Assembly (NCBI GenBank): GCA_965249575.1
Contig: OZ252244.1
Span: 2,912,001 to 2,976,000, forward strand
DNA length: 64,000 bases
Source: Gemmatimonadales bacterium
GTDB taxonomy: Bacteria > Gemmatimonadota > Gemmatimonadetes > Gemmatimonadales > GWC2-71-9
Reading direction: 5' to 3'
Positions 53,528 to 62,344 of the stretch are shown here, one piece after another. Below the pieces are notes generated by a model. That model searched no databases, was not told the DNA's origin, and saw only the letters and a list, made by a program, of their open reading frames with translations. Positions within the stretch are counted from its first letter, which is position 1; every line of letters starts with the position of its first letter. The position numbers and the translations under genes are program-made.

Positions 53528-53874
53528 GTATCCCCGCCCAAGTCCGTGGTCCCATGGTTAGCCCCGGGTGTCTCGGCCGGCAATATGCTGCCGGCCGTAT
53601 TGGGCCGCCAGCGGCACGGTGTGAAAAAGGGGTGGGGCGGACCGCCCAACGCGCAGCTCCCAAACAGGCGTTCACCCACGACACCATGGGTGAAGCCCCT
53701 ACGGCGGCATCGGGACTCACCCGATGGTGGCCTGTCCGGTTTGCCGCAAGATTCGTGTTTCGGTGTGGGTGGGGGAGGCCTGCCTGTGCGATCGTCCAGA
53801 GGCCGCCCATTGGCGGGGCCGTGCGCGGTCGGGGGTGGTCGCGCGGTCGGGGGCTGGCAGACCGTCACCCGCCG

Positions 53875-54096
53875 GTGAGCAACGGTAGGGATACGGACGC
53901 GTCGTTTTCGGAGATCGAGTCCGAGCGGATACGGCGCGTGATCGTGACGGCGGGGGCTCCGGTCGAATGCCCTCGCTGCAGTGGACGCTTGAGCTTCGAG
54001 GGCCCGGTAATCCGCCGCGTCACGGGCATCCGCGTCATCAAGGTCCGATGCCCGAGGTGTCGGCGGTATCTATTCCTGACCGGGATCCCCACGTGA
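53875..54096 (+). CDS. Small zinc-ribbon protein (CPRC...CPRC)
   Basis: GTG start, 73 aa with two CxxC pairs. Aligns with the C-terminal domain of 57918-58331. Confidence 0.7.
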   Translation: MSNGRDTDASFSEIESERIRRVIVTAGAPVECPRCSGRLSFEGPVIRRVTGIRVIKVRCPRCRRYLFLTGIPT

Positions 54097-54105
54097 CGCG
54101 GCGGT

Positions 54106-54867
54106 CTAGGGGGTGTGCGGGACCGCGCCCGCGATCGTCCAAGTAGCTGCATCCCGTAGAATGACAATGGCCGAATCGGTGGCCCGTTCCAGGAACCCGT
54201 CCTCGAGGCGTATTACGGGAACGAGCAAGGTGTCCGGACTCAGCCACCTCGCGTCGCCGGGACCCCACAGCTCCTGATGGAATTGGTCGGGATACGTTTC
54301 GCCCGCTGGATAAAACCTCCACTCCGGCGCGGCGCTGTCTCCGGAAAGGCTCCAGATCGCGATGGAGTTGGGGCAGTAATTCGATACGAGGCAGCGTGAC
54401 GTGACGGCGAAGCGGCCACCGCCCGGTGCCGTGATTGGAAGGGCGGGCACGACGAGAGTTCGGCCGGTCCCGTGGTGAACGAGGACGAAGGTAGTGCCCT
54501 CGTAGAGCTGGGCGTGGACGATGTGATGGCCGTTGGCGGGGTCGAAGGAACGGTAGCTGTAGCGGATCGTGGAATCAGCACCTCCGACGACGTCGGTGAG
54601 GACGATCGAGTCTCCGTTCGAAAGCGCCAAGACCAAATCTGAGCCGCGCCGCTCCGCCCTCCGATAGCCGGCCAGCTGGACCCGCTCGATTGTCTGAGCG
54701 CAGGTGTAACTGTTCTGGATGGTGTCACATATCCCGGCCGGCACAGTGTGCCCGACCGGCGGCGATTGGCCGCCTCCGCACGAGGCTACCGCGACGCAAG
54801 CTAGCAGGCGAAGGGGCGTGCCAGCGCCTCGCCAGATCCCGGGTACAAATCCTTCAAATCGTTTCAC
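54106..54867 (-). CDS. Hypothetical lipoprotein
   Basis: LLACVAVASC lipobox-like segment followed by a beta-rich domain (QLYEG, APGGGRFAV, ARWLS). Start uncertain. Confidence 0.6.
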   Translation of the reverse strand: MKRFEGFVPGIWRGAGTPLRLLACVAVASCGGGQSPPVGHTVPAGICDTIQNSYTCAQTIERVQLAGYRRAERRGSDLVLALSNGDSIVLTDVVGGADSTIRYSYRSFDPANGHHIVHAQLYEGTTFVLVHHGTGRTLVVPALPITAPGGGRFAVTSRCLVSNYCPNSIAIWSLSGDSAAPEWRFYPAGETYPDQFHQELWGPGDARWLSPDTLLVPVIRLEDGFLERATDSAIVILRDAATWTIAGAVPHTP

Positions 54868-55060
54868 TACAACCGTTTGTGTGGTCGCCGGCCGGGGCGT
54901 ATGCACGCGTTCGAGCGACTTGCCGTTCCCGGTCGGGCCGGCCAAGTTACCCTTCCGTGCGAAGAGAAGGAATCGCCGGTGCGAAAGCGTGCATGCTGGT
55001 GGGGAATGACCCCGCCGGATTCGGTTAGTCAGGCTAGCGTACATGTCCATGGAGGTTGTG

Positions 55061-55900
55061 ATGAGTGGCTATGTGCATCCCGAAGTGTTGGTATCCACGG
55101 AGTGGGTAGCCGACCACGGAAGCGACTCGAACGTTCAAGTGGTCGAGGTGGACGTCGACACGAACGCCTATGGCGAGGGACACGTCGAAGGTGCTGTCGC
55201 GTGGTCGTGGACGACGCAGCTTTGCGACACGGTTCAGCGCGACATCGTGTCGAAGGACGACTTCGAGTCCCTCATGAGGCAGTCCGGCATCAAGAACGAT
55301 ACCACCGTCGTTCTGTACGGTGATAACAACAACTGGTTCGCCGCGTGGGCCCTCTGGCAGATGAAGGTCTACGGTCATGGAGACGTCCGTCTCATGAACG
55401 GAGGGCGGAAGAAATGGCTCGAAGAGGGACGACCGCTGTCCAAGGATGCACCCAAGCCATCGGCCATCCACTACAAGGCGAAGGCGCCGGACACGTCGAT
55501 TCGGGCATTCCTTCCGGAGGTGCAGCAGGCCGTGGACAGGAAGGCTGTAGAGCTGGTCGACGTGCGGAGTCCGCAGGAATTCACGGGCGAGATCCTCGCG
55601 CCACCGGGGTTACCCGAAACCTGCCAGCGGGGAGGCCACATTCCCGGCGCGAGCAACATCCCGTGGGCCAAGGCGTGCAACGAGGATGGGACGTTCAAGG
55701 CTCGGGATGAATTGTCCACGTTGTACGGTGCGGCGGGGATAACCGGTTCCAAGCCGATCATCGCGTACTGCCGCATTGGAGAACGCTCCAGTCACTCGTG
55801 GTTTGTACTCAAGTATCTCTTGGGATACGAGAGCGTGCAGAACTACGACGGAAGTTGGACGGAGTGGGGCAACCTAGTTGGAGCGCCCGTGGAAAAGTAG
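55061..55900 (+). CDS. sseA: Tandem-domain sulfurtransferase (SseA/CysA-like)
   Basis: LVSTEW, LMNGG..KW, DVRS..EF.G, GHIPGA, active-site CRIGERS and NYDGSWTEWG. GGAGG RBS. Confidence 0.93.
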   Translation: MSGYVHPEVLVSTEWVADHGSDSNVQVVEVDVDTNAYGEGHVEGAVAWSWTTQLCDTVQRDIVSKDDFESLMRQSGIKNDTTVVLYGDNNNWFAAWALWQMKVYGHGDVRLMNGGRKKWLEEGRPLSKDAPKPSAIHYKAKAPDTSIRAFLPEVQQAVDRKAVELVDVRSPQEFTGEILAPPGLPETCQRGGHIPGASNIPWAKACNEDGTFKARDELSTLYGAAGITGSKPIIAYCRIGERSSHSWFVLKYLLGYESVQNYDGSWTEWGNLVGAPVEK

Positions 55901-56009
55901 ACATTTTGGGGGGCGGGTCGGCCCGGCCGTGCCCAGAACTAGTGTCGCTTCGGTGGTGGGAGCCGGCATTGAATGCGCATTACGAGACGGCCAAATCGAC
56001 CGGAGGCTC

Positions 56010-56228
56010 ATGCTCAGCGAGCTGACAGTCGCGTACGAAGGCAAGCTATATCGATGCCGCTACGAGGCCACTGGAAAGGCTCCGCGAGGGCTGGGGCGGC
56101 CGTCGGATGCCATGTGGGTCGTTGAAGTAAACGGCGTGCACTAAGCGGCCTTCGTTGCCTCCCCCGACGATACAGAGCTGGACGTGCGGCGCCGCATCGT
56201 CGCATGGATTCGCGCCGGAGGGGATTAG
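56010..56228 (+). pseudogene. Small hypothetical protein interrupted by in-frame TAA (56142-56144)
   Basis: GGAGG-ATG, then MLSELTVAYEGKLYRC...MWVVEVNGVH*AAFVASPDDTELDVRRRIVAW. Reads as one coherent protein across the stop. Confidence 0.45.
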
Positions 56229-56420
56229 CGCCGCCCAGGATATCTTCATAGTGTGACCGCCGGAACCGGGGACTGCGGCAAGGATTCGCCCGCCCTCTCT
56301 TCACCTGCTGAAACGTCACGGTATTCGCTCGCCGGTCCGGTGGATGTCCCATCCGCGCACCCAAGTGTCCCGAAATCGCCCTAGAGGCCCCCGGGGCGTT
56401 GCCGTACTGTGGGCGGCGGA

Positions 56421-56723
56421 ATGGCTCCAATCACCGAGGAAGACCGCAATCGCGCCTGGGGACTACCGGACGAGTTCTTGTCCATGGAGGGCCCCCGGGC
56501 AGATCGCGTCGTGGATCTGGTCGATTGGTACTGGGGAGGCCACTCCGCCAAGGAGCGAGCGCGGGTGGTTCGGCGCCTCCTAGTCATCCTCGAGCCGCTA
56601 GTGGGGAGAACCACGATCACCGACCTGCTGCGAGAGCGCTGTGTGGCGGCTGTAATTCTGTGGCTGGAGCGGCAAGAATCGGAGGGGGACAGCGGAGACG
56701 CGGGCCCCGTGGCCACTCACTAG
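56421..56723 (+). CDS. Hypothetical protein
   Basis: 100 aa helical-looking ORF with protein-like composition; no family recognised. Confidence 0.5.
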   Translation: MAPITEEDRNRAWGLPDEFLSMEGPRADRVVDLVDWYWGGHSAKERARVVRRLLVILEPLVGRTTITDLLRERCVAAVILWLERQESEGDSGDAGPVATH

Positions 56724-56962
56724 GGACTCCTGTCCGATGTGCGAGCAGCGAGAGCCTCGCGCCCATTCGAGCCTAGTGTCCAAGCATCGGTTCCGTCCCA
56801 GAGGGAAACGAACCGCAACCCTTTGCGGCCTGCCTGCATCATATAAGAGGACTTACATACCACCTGCGTTGTCGCGAGGTCATGGCGGGTCGGCTGGCGT
56901 GAAGCCGGCGAGGCCCTTTCTCCAGGCGTGGGCGCCAATCGGCCTTTGTACGGGGTAGCGCT

Positions 56963-57766
56963 ATGTACTTATCGGTTCCGAGGACTCTAGGTCTGGGGGT
57001 CGGGTTCGGTCCGGTGCGTTTGCAACGGACGCACGAGGTGGTGGTGGAGCAACTGGTCGCTGCGATTCGAGAGGGCGACTTGGGAGTCGGCGACCGGTTG
57101 CCGTCCGAGCGGAGATTAGCCCGGCAGATGGCGGTGAGCCGATCGGCGTTGCGGGAGGCCATCAAGGTTCTGGTGGAAGCCGGTGTGCTCACCGTCAAGC
57201 CTGGTCCCGCCGGTGGCATGTTCGTGCGGTCGGAGGTGATTCCCGCGCGCGTGCTAGCCGAGGCGACAGCCCTGCGGTTGAGCGACGTCGCCGGGCTGCT
57301 GGAAACGCGGCGGCTGCTCGAGCCACGCGTCGCTCAATTAGCTGCGCTCTACGGTACAAAGGAGGATTTCGAGGGACTGGTGCGGAACGTGGAGTCACAG
57401 CGGAACGCGGCGGAAGACCGTGAAAGGTGTCTTCAATTGGATCAGCGGTTTCACCTTCGAATGGCGCGGGCGACGAAGAACAGCACCGTCGTCGCGTTCA
57501 TGCGGGTACTCATCGGCCAGCTCGCGCTCGCGCGAGAACTGGTGCTGCATGGGCCGTTCGATCCCCAGTGGGCCGTGAGAGCCCACGAACGAACGCTCGG
57601 CGCGGTCCTGAGTGGAGACCCCGACGCGATCGATGCGGCGATGGACGAGCATCTCGCATATCTCGAGCGGCGGTGGGAGGTCGAGAGCGGCCGGGCTCGG
57701 GTTCGCCGCGCCCCGGATTTCCTCCTTCCTCTCGCTCACCGAGCAACCCAACGCGTCAAGTCCTAG
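56963..57766 (+). CDS. GntR/FadR-family transcriptional regulator
   Basis: GDRLPSERRLA...VSRSALREA wHTH, then FCD domain (R.LLE, D.RFH, H...L.A, M.EHL). Confidence 0.93.
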   Translation: MYLSVPRTLGLGVGFGPVRLQRTHEVVVEQLVAAIREGDLGVGDRLPSERRLARQMAVSRSALREAIKVLVEAGVLTVKPGPAGGMFVRSEVIPARVLAEATALRLSDVAGLLETRRLLEPRVAQLAALYGTKEDFEGLVRNVESQRNAAEDRERCLQLDQRFHLRMARATKNSTVVAFMRVLIGQLALARELVLHGPFDPQWAVRAHERTLGAVLSGDPDAIDAAMDEHLAYLERRWEVESGRARVRRAPDFLLPLAHRATQRVKS

Positions 57767-57917
57767 AGAAATCCCGAACGAAATCCCGTTGGCGCCGCGG
57801 GCGCCGATGTTTCATGCTCTGTTGCGCCTCGAGCCTCTGGCGGTCCCCGATCTGCCGCTGCAGTTTTTATTGATACGTACGACGAGCAGGGTCGCTCACG
57901 CCTGATAACGAGGCCCA

Positions 57918-58331
57918 ATGACGGAATACACTGGCGAAGAACGGCGGAGACGCCGACGCCGGCTGTTGCAGCGCCGTTCCGATGAGGATTGGCGATCCAC
58001 TCATCGTCGGGGTAGCCAGGCGGGAACGTCTCGGGATCGCCGGTCGGGGACCGATCGGCGGGGTGGGCATCGGCGGAGCAGCGGAGAACGGCGCCGGAGC
58101 ATGGAGCGGCGCATGCTGGTCGACTATTGGCGGGATACCCCGGTGACGTACTCGCGCGGCGAGGCTGCGTTGCTTCGCAAGATGGATATAGCCTCCGGGG
58201 CCCGGCTCATATGCCCCCGGTGTGGAGGCGTGCTCGCGGTCGGGCCGCCGAGCATACAGCGAAGCGGGGAGATCCGGGCCGTGTACTGCGCGGGGTGCCA
58301 TCGGAGCGCGATGCTCAGACTGCCGGCTTGA
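57918..58331 (+). CDS. (E/D)RR-repeat plus zinc-ribbon protein
   Basis: GAGG RBS, Arg-pair repeats, then CPRC...CAGC. Confidence 0.7.
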   Translation: MTEYTGEERRRRRRRLLQRRSDEDWRSTHRRGSQAGTSRDRRSGTDRRGGHRRSSGERRRSMERRMLVDYWRDTPVTYSRGEAALLRKMDIASGARLICPRCGGVLAVGPPSIQRSGEIRAVYCAGCHRSAMLRLPA

Positions 58332-58410
58332 GTCAATTACGCGGCCCGCCGTCCCGCGCCGCGCGCCCCTCCGGTGCCAGGCAAGCATCGGAGCGACGTG
58401 TCGTTCTGGC

Positions 58411-59058
58411 CTATTCCATGCGCATGATGTCGCGCAAGCGGGCCAGCCAGTAGTGAGGTCGATGGGGCGCTAGCTCCCGACGGGAAAAAGCCCCCCAGAG
58501 CGCGGCGGCCGTTCGTACTCCGGCGGCCTGTCCGGCTGCCAGGTCGTGTGGCGAATCGCCGATGAAGACCGCGCTGGTGGGGTCACTGTCGAGCAACTCC
58601 AGAGCCTTGAGGACGGGAGCCGGATCGGGCTTGTGCTTCTCAAGGTCGTCGGCAGCGACGAGCACTTCGAACAGGTCGTCCAATCCGCAGTGTGTGAGCC
58701 CGCGAAGTGAGCCCGCGCGCATCTTGCTGGTCACGATGCCGAGTCGGGCACCGCGATCTTTTAACGACTGCACTACTTGGCGTGCTCCCGGGAACTCCCG
58801 CACCAGTCGGTCGTGATGTTCATGGTTGTAATCCCGGTATGTCTGGACCATTCCCTCGAGCTCAGCTGGATCGTTAGCGAATTCGGCGAGTTGGGCTCGC
58901 AGGGGCGTGCCCAAACCTGAAAGCCACAGGTCGTCGGGCGGCACGGAGGCCCGGTGCCGTTCGAGAGTGTGGCGGTACGACATGAGGATGAGCTCGATCG
59001 AATCGATCAGGGTACCGTCGAGATCGAAGAGATATGTGCTGAGAGGCGGGCGCTTCAT
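58411..59058 (-). CDS. HAD-IA hydrolase (PpaX/Gph-like)
   Basis: LFDLDGTLIDS, IVTSK, HKPDP and FIGDSPHD. Confidence 0.92.
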   Translation of the reverse strand: MKRPPLSTYLFDLDGTLIDSIELILMSYRHTLERHRASVPPDDLWLSGLGTPLRAQLAEFANDPAELEGMVQTYRDYNHEHHDRLVREFPGARQVVQSLKDRGARLGIVTSKMRAGSLRGLTHCGLDDLFEVLVAADDLEKHKPDPAPVLKALELLDSDPTSAVFIGDSPHDLAAGQAAGVRTAAALWGAFSRRELAPHRPHYWLARLRDIMRME

Positions 59059-59217
59059 GTCCGAACGATAGTCGTGACGTGCTTTAGGGTCGACCCCGGA
59101 GGGTAGGGAATAGGGAGTGCGGGTAAGGGTGGTCAGCGTGTGGCGGGTCGGTAGAGTCATGCGCGGGGCGTATATTGACTACGCCATCGCGGCACGTCCT
59201 GATTCGGTGAGGGGTGG

Positions 59218-61842
59218 ATGCGGGCCGGCACGATTCCAACATCGATTTTCGTTTTCGCTCTCACGGCGAGTTGTTCCGCGCTTGTCGCGCAGGAGGTTCG
59301 CGCGGTGCGCGTGGCTGGAAGCGCTCCGTCAATCGACGGGTTGCTGGACGAAGCGGTCTGGCGAAGCGCCCCGCCGCTGTCGGGGTTCCGTCAGCGCAAT
59401 CCGGTGGAGGGCGCGGCGGCCAGTGAGTCCACCGAGGTTCGGTTCCTGTACACGGACCGAGATCTGTACGTCGGGGTGCGGGCGTTCGACGGCGATCCTC
59501 GCGGGGTGATCGGCCGGCTGACGCGCCGAGATCAGGATGTAGCGGCCGACGAGATCGAGCTGTTCATCGACTCCTACCACGACCGACGCTCGGCGTTCGC
59601 GTTCCGATTGAACCCGTCCGGGGCACGCGCCGACGTGTTTGTGTTCGAGGACGGGGCCGGACGGGACGATTCCTGGGACCCCGTGTACGATTCCGCGACG
59701 GACATCGACTCGCTCGGCTGGACGGCCGAGTTCCGAATCCCGTTCTCTCAGCTCCGCTTTCCGAATCGAGACCCGCTGGAGTTCGGTCTCCGCGTGCGCC
59801 GGTTCATCAATCGCCGAAACGAAGAGGTGAACTGGCCCTTCTTCCCTCGGGATCAGGCGGGTGAGGTGTCTCGCTACGGAGATTTGGTGGGCCTGCGCGG
59901 GGTACCGTCCCCGCGGCGCCTGGAGCTGCTGCCATTTACGGCCGGTGGGAGGAACTTCGAGGCGCGGGATCCAAACGCGTCGTTCAGCCTCTCGGAGTCG
60001 ACCGCGCGCGTCGGCGGCGACGTCAAGCTCGGGCTAACCAGCCGCCTCACCCTGGACCTTACGGTAACCCCTGATTTCGGACAGGTGGAAGCGGATCCAT
60101 CGGTCGTCAATCTCACAGAGTTCGAGACCTTTTTCCCCGAGAAGCGGCCGTTCTTCGTCGAGGGGACGAACCTGTTCAACGTGCGCCTGCCAGGCAGGTT
60201 CGGGGGCGAGCCAGTGGTTTACACCCGGCGCATCGGCCGGGAGCCACAACTCACGGCTAGCGCACCGGGCGGCGTGGTGGACGAGCCCACCGAGACCACC
60301 ATTTTGGGTGCGGCGAAGATGACGGGCCAGTTGGGGCGAGGGTGGGCGCTCGGGGTCCTGCAAGCTCTGACGTCGAAGGAGCGCGCCACGCTCCTCACGA
60401 CCTCGGGGACGGAGATGGGCACGGCGGCGGTCGAGCCGCTCACGGGATACAGTGCCGTGCGCGTGCAGCGGAACACGAAACAGGGCCGGCTCGCCTACGG
60501 CGCCATCGCAACCGGTGTCGTGCGGAACCTCGACGAGGTCAACTTTGATCAACTCCACCAGAGAGCGTTCAGCGGGGGAGCCGACGTGCGCTGGCGCTTC
60601 GGGCAGGATGCCTACGAATTCGAGGCGGCTCTTACCGGCTCCCGGGTCGAAGGCTCGAGCGCAGCGATCGCCAACACGCAACGGAGCTCGGCCCGCTTCT
60701 ACCAGCGGCCCGATAACGACTACACCACCTTCGATCCCTCGCGTACGTCACTATCGGGATTCGCCGCGATGGTCTGGGTCCGGAAGCTGGTGGGATTCGT
60801 GGCGTGGGAAGCCCGTCTCAGCACCAGGAGCCCAGGGTTCGAGGTGAACGACATCGGTTTCATGCGCCGGGCGGATACCCACGACGCCTTTACGAACGTG
60901 CGGTTTCGCTGGCTTGAGCCAGGCCGCGTGTTCCGGCGGTTCGAGATCCGGCTCCGCCAGGATTTTTCCTCAACGTGGGGCTGGGAGCTGGGAAGCACTA
61001 CCAGTGAGGTCCGGTTCGAGGGTCAGCTGCCCAGCTACTGGGAGGGCGATGTCAGCGTCCAGTGGGAGCCGAGGCATATCGATCCCCGAACGACGCGAGG
61101 TGGGCCGGGTCTGCTGCTACCGGCTCACTACCACGTGAACGGTCAGATCAGCAGCGATCCCCGACGACCGTTCGTCGCCGAGTTCTCGTGGCGCTCTACG
61201 ATCGAAGACGAGAGCGGCCGGAAGGAGCTCTTTCCTAACTTCTTTCTCCGGTGGCGGCCGCCCGGCCCGGTGGCGCTGAGCGTGGGCACCCGCGTCGTAT
61301 TCGTGAGCGGGCACGACCGCCAGTATATCACAGAACGGACAGTGGGCGACTCGACCTACTATCTGTTCGGGCGCCTGCGTCGCCGCGAGGTGTCGCTGCA
61401 ATTGAGGACCGACGTAGCGCTCAGCTCGCGACTCACCCTCCAGGTGTACGCGGAGCCGTTGGCTTCCGCGAGGCGGTTCGACCCCCTCAAGCTCATCGGT
61501 TCGCCGCGGGCCGACGACTACGACGATCGGTTCGACGAAATCGGTCCCGACCGGCTCATCCGGCCGGGCCCGGGAACGACCGCGTCGGTGGACGTGGATC
61601 GCGACGGCACGATCGACTTCACGTTTGACGACCCCGACGCCAAGACCATCACCTTGAGAACCAACGTCGTGCTACGCTGGGAATTCAAACCGGGTTCCAC
61701 GCTCTACCTGGTCTGGAACCAAAGCCGCGAGGACGAGTTCGCCGGAGGACGCCTCGATGCGCTGCACGACCTGGGCGATACGTTCAGCGCCACCGGACGG
61801 CATGCCCTGGTGGTGAAAGTGGCGTATTGGATTGGATTGTAG
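59218..61842 (+). CDS. DUF5916 / CBM9-like domain outer-membrane protein, paralog 2
   Basis: Signal peptide, PSIDGLLDE..W, GWTAEFRIPFSQLRF, PDFGQVEAD, FFPEKRPFF and C-terminal KVAYWIGL. Confidence 0.9.
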   Translation: MRAGTIPTSIFVFALTASCSALVAQEVRAVRVAGSAPSIDGLLDEAVWRSAPPLSGFRQRNPVEGAAASESTEVRFLYTDRDLYVGVRAFDGDPRGVIGRLTRRDQDVAADEIELFIDSYHDRRSAFAFRLNPSGARADVFVFEDGAGRDDSWDPVYDSATDIDSLGWTAEFRIPFSQLRFPNRDPLEFGLRVRRFINRRNEEVNWPFFPRDQAGEVSRYGDLVGLRGVPSPRRLELLPFTAGGRNFEARDPNASFSLSESTARVGGDVKLGLTSRLTLDLTVTPDFGQVEADPSVVNLTEFETFFPEKRPFFVEGTNLFNVRLPGRFGGEPVVYTRRIGREPQLTASAPGGVVDEPTETTILGAAKMTGQLGRGWALGVLQALTSKERATLLTTSGTEMGTAAVEPLTGYSAVRVQRNTKQGRLAYGAIATGVVRNLDEVNFDQLHQRAFSGGADVRWRFGQDAYEFEAALTGSRVEGSSAAIANTQRSSARFYQRPDNDYTTFDPSRTSLSGFAAMVWVRKLVGFVAWEARLSTRSPGFEVNDIGFMRRADTHDAFTNVRFRWLEPGRVFRRFEIRLRQDFSSTWGWELGSTTSEVRFEGQLPSYWEGDVSVQWEPRHIDPRTTRGGPGLLLPAHYHVNGQISSDPRRPFVAEFSWRSTIEDESGRKELFPNFFLRWRPPGPVALSVGTRVVFVSGHDRQYITERTVGDSTYYLFGRLRRREVSLQLRTDVALSSRLTLQVYAEPLASARRFDPLKLIGSPRADDYDDRFDEIGPDRLIRPGPGTTASVDVDRDGTIDFTFDDPDAKTITLRTNVVLRWEFKPGSTLYLVWNQSREDEFAGGRLDALHDLGDTFSATGRHALVVKVAYWIGL

Positions 61843-61877
61843 GGAGTGGGGAGTGGGGAGTGGGGAGTAGGGGTTAG
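61843..61877 (+). repeat. Heptamer tandem repeat (GGAGTGG)x3 + GGAGTAG + GGGTTAG
   Basis: Read directly; begins right after the stop codon of 59218-61842. Confidence 0.85.
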
Positions 61878-62284
61878 GGGGGCGGCGCGGGGCTGCGGGC
61901 GACAACGCCCACGCCTCGGAGGCAGGCCTGGTAGGGCCGCGGGACGGAGGAGGAGTGGGAAGTCCCGCGAACCGGTTGCGCGATCACTCGCGGTTTCAAG
62001 CGGTGGGTGCCCAATACGAGTACTGAGGGGTAGGGATAATAGGCCACCGGGGCCCTGACGGCTGTGCCGTTCGACCGGCCCGCCGGCAGGTTACAAGGGC
62101 GGCGATCGAATGATTCTGGAGTGCGAGTCGGTGCTGGCATTGGGGCGCTTCTTTTGCGGCTTCCACCCAGCGACGCTGACGTTCCTGAGCAGGCCGACTT
62201 CGCGATGTGTTCGTCGGGAATTACGGCGTCGCCCGGGAACGGAAGCGGTTCTTGTGACCGCGAAACACCCGGGCGCCCCGGCGC

Positions 62285-62343
62285 GTAGGATTCATGTCGT
62301 CGTGAACTGGTTCGAGGAGTTGAAGGCAAAGGCAGGGAACTAG
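62285..62343 (+). pseudogene. C-terminal tip of a kinase/PD40-type protein
   Basis: RRIHVVVNWFEELKAKAGN* resembles the VVxNW terminus of TolB-like kinase fusions. Upstream sequence is not recognisable. Confidence 0.5.
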
Positions 62344-62344
62344 T

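Noticed and set aside
13339..55900. MBL-rhodanese and SseA as a dedicated sulfur-oxidation system
   Set aside because: They lie 40 kb apart, are both widespread, and no SQR, TauE or YeeE partner is in the window.
51911..58400. Genomic island integrated at tRNA-Asn
   Set aside because: No integrase, no duplicated tRNA 3' end spotted and no obvious compositional shift.
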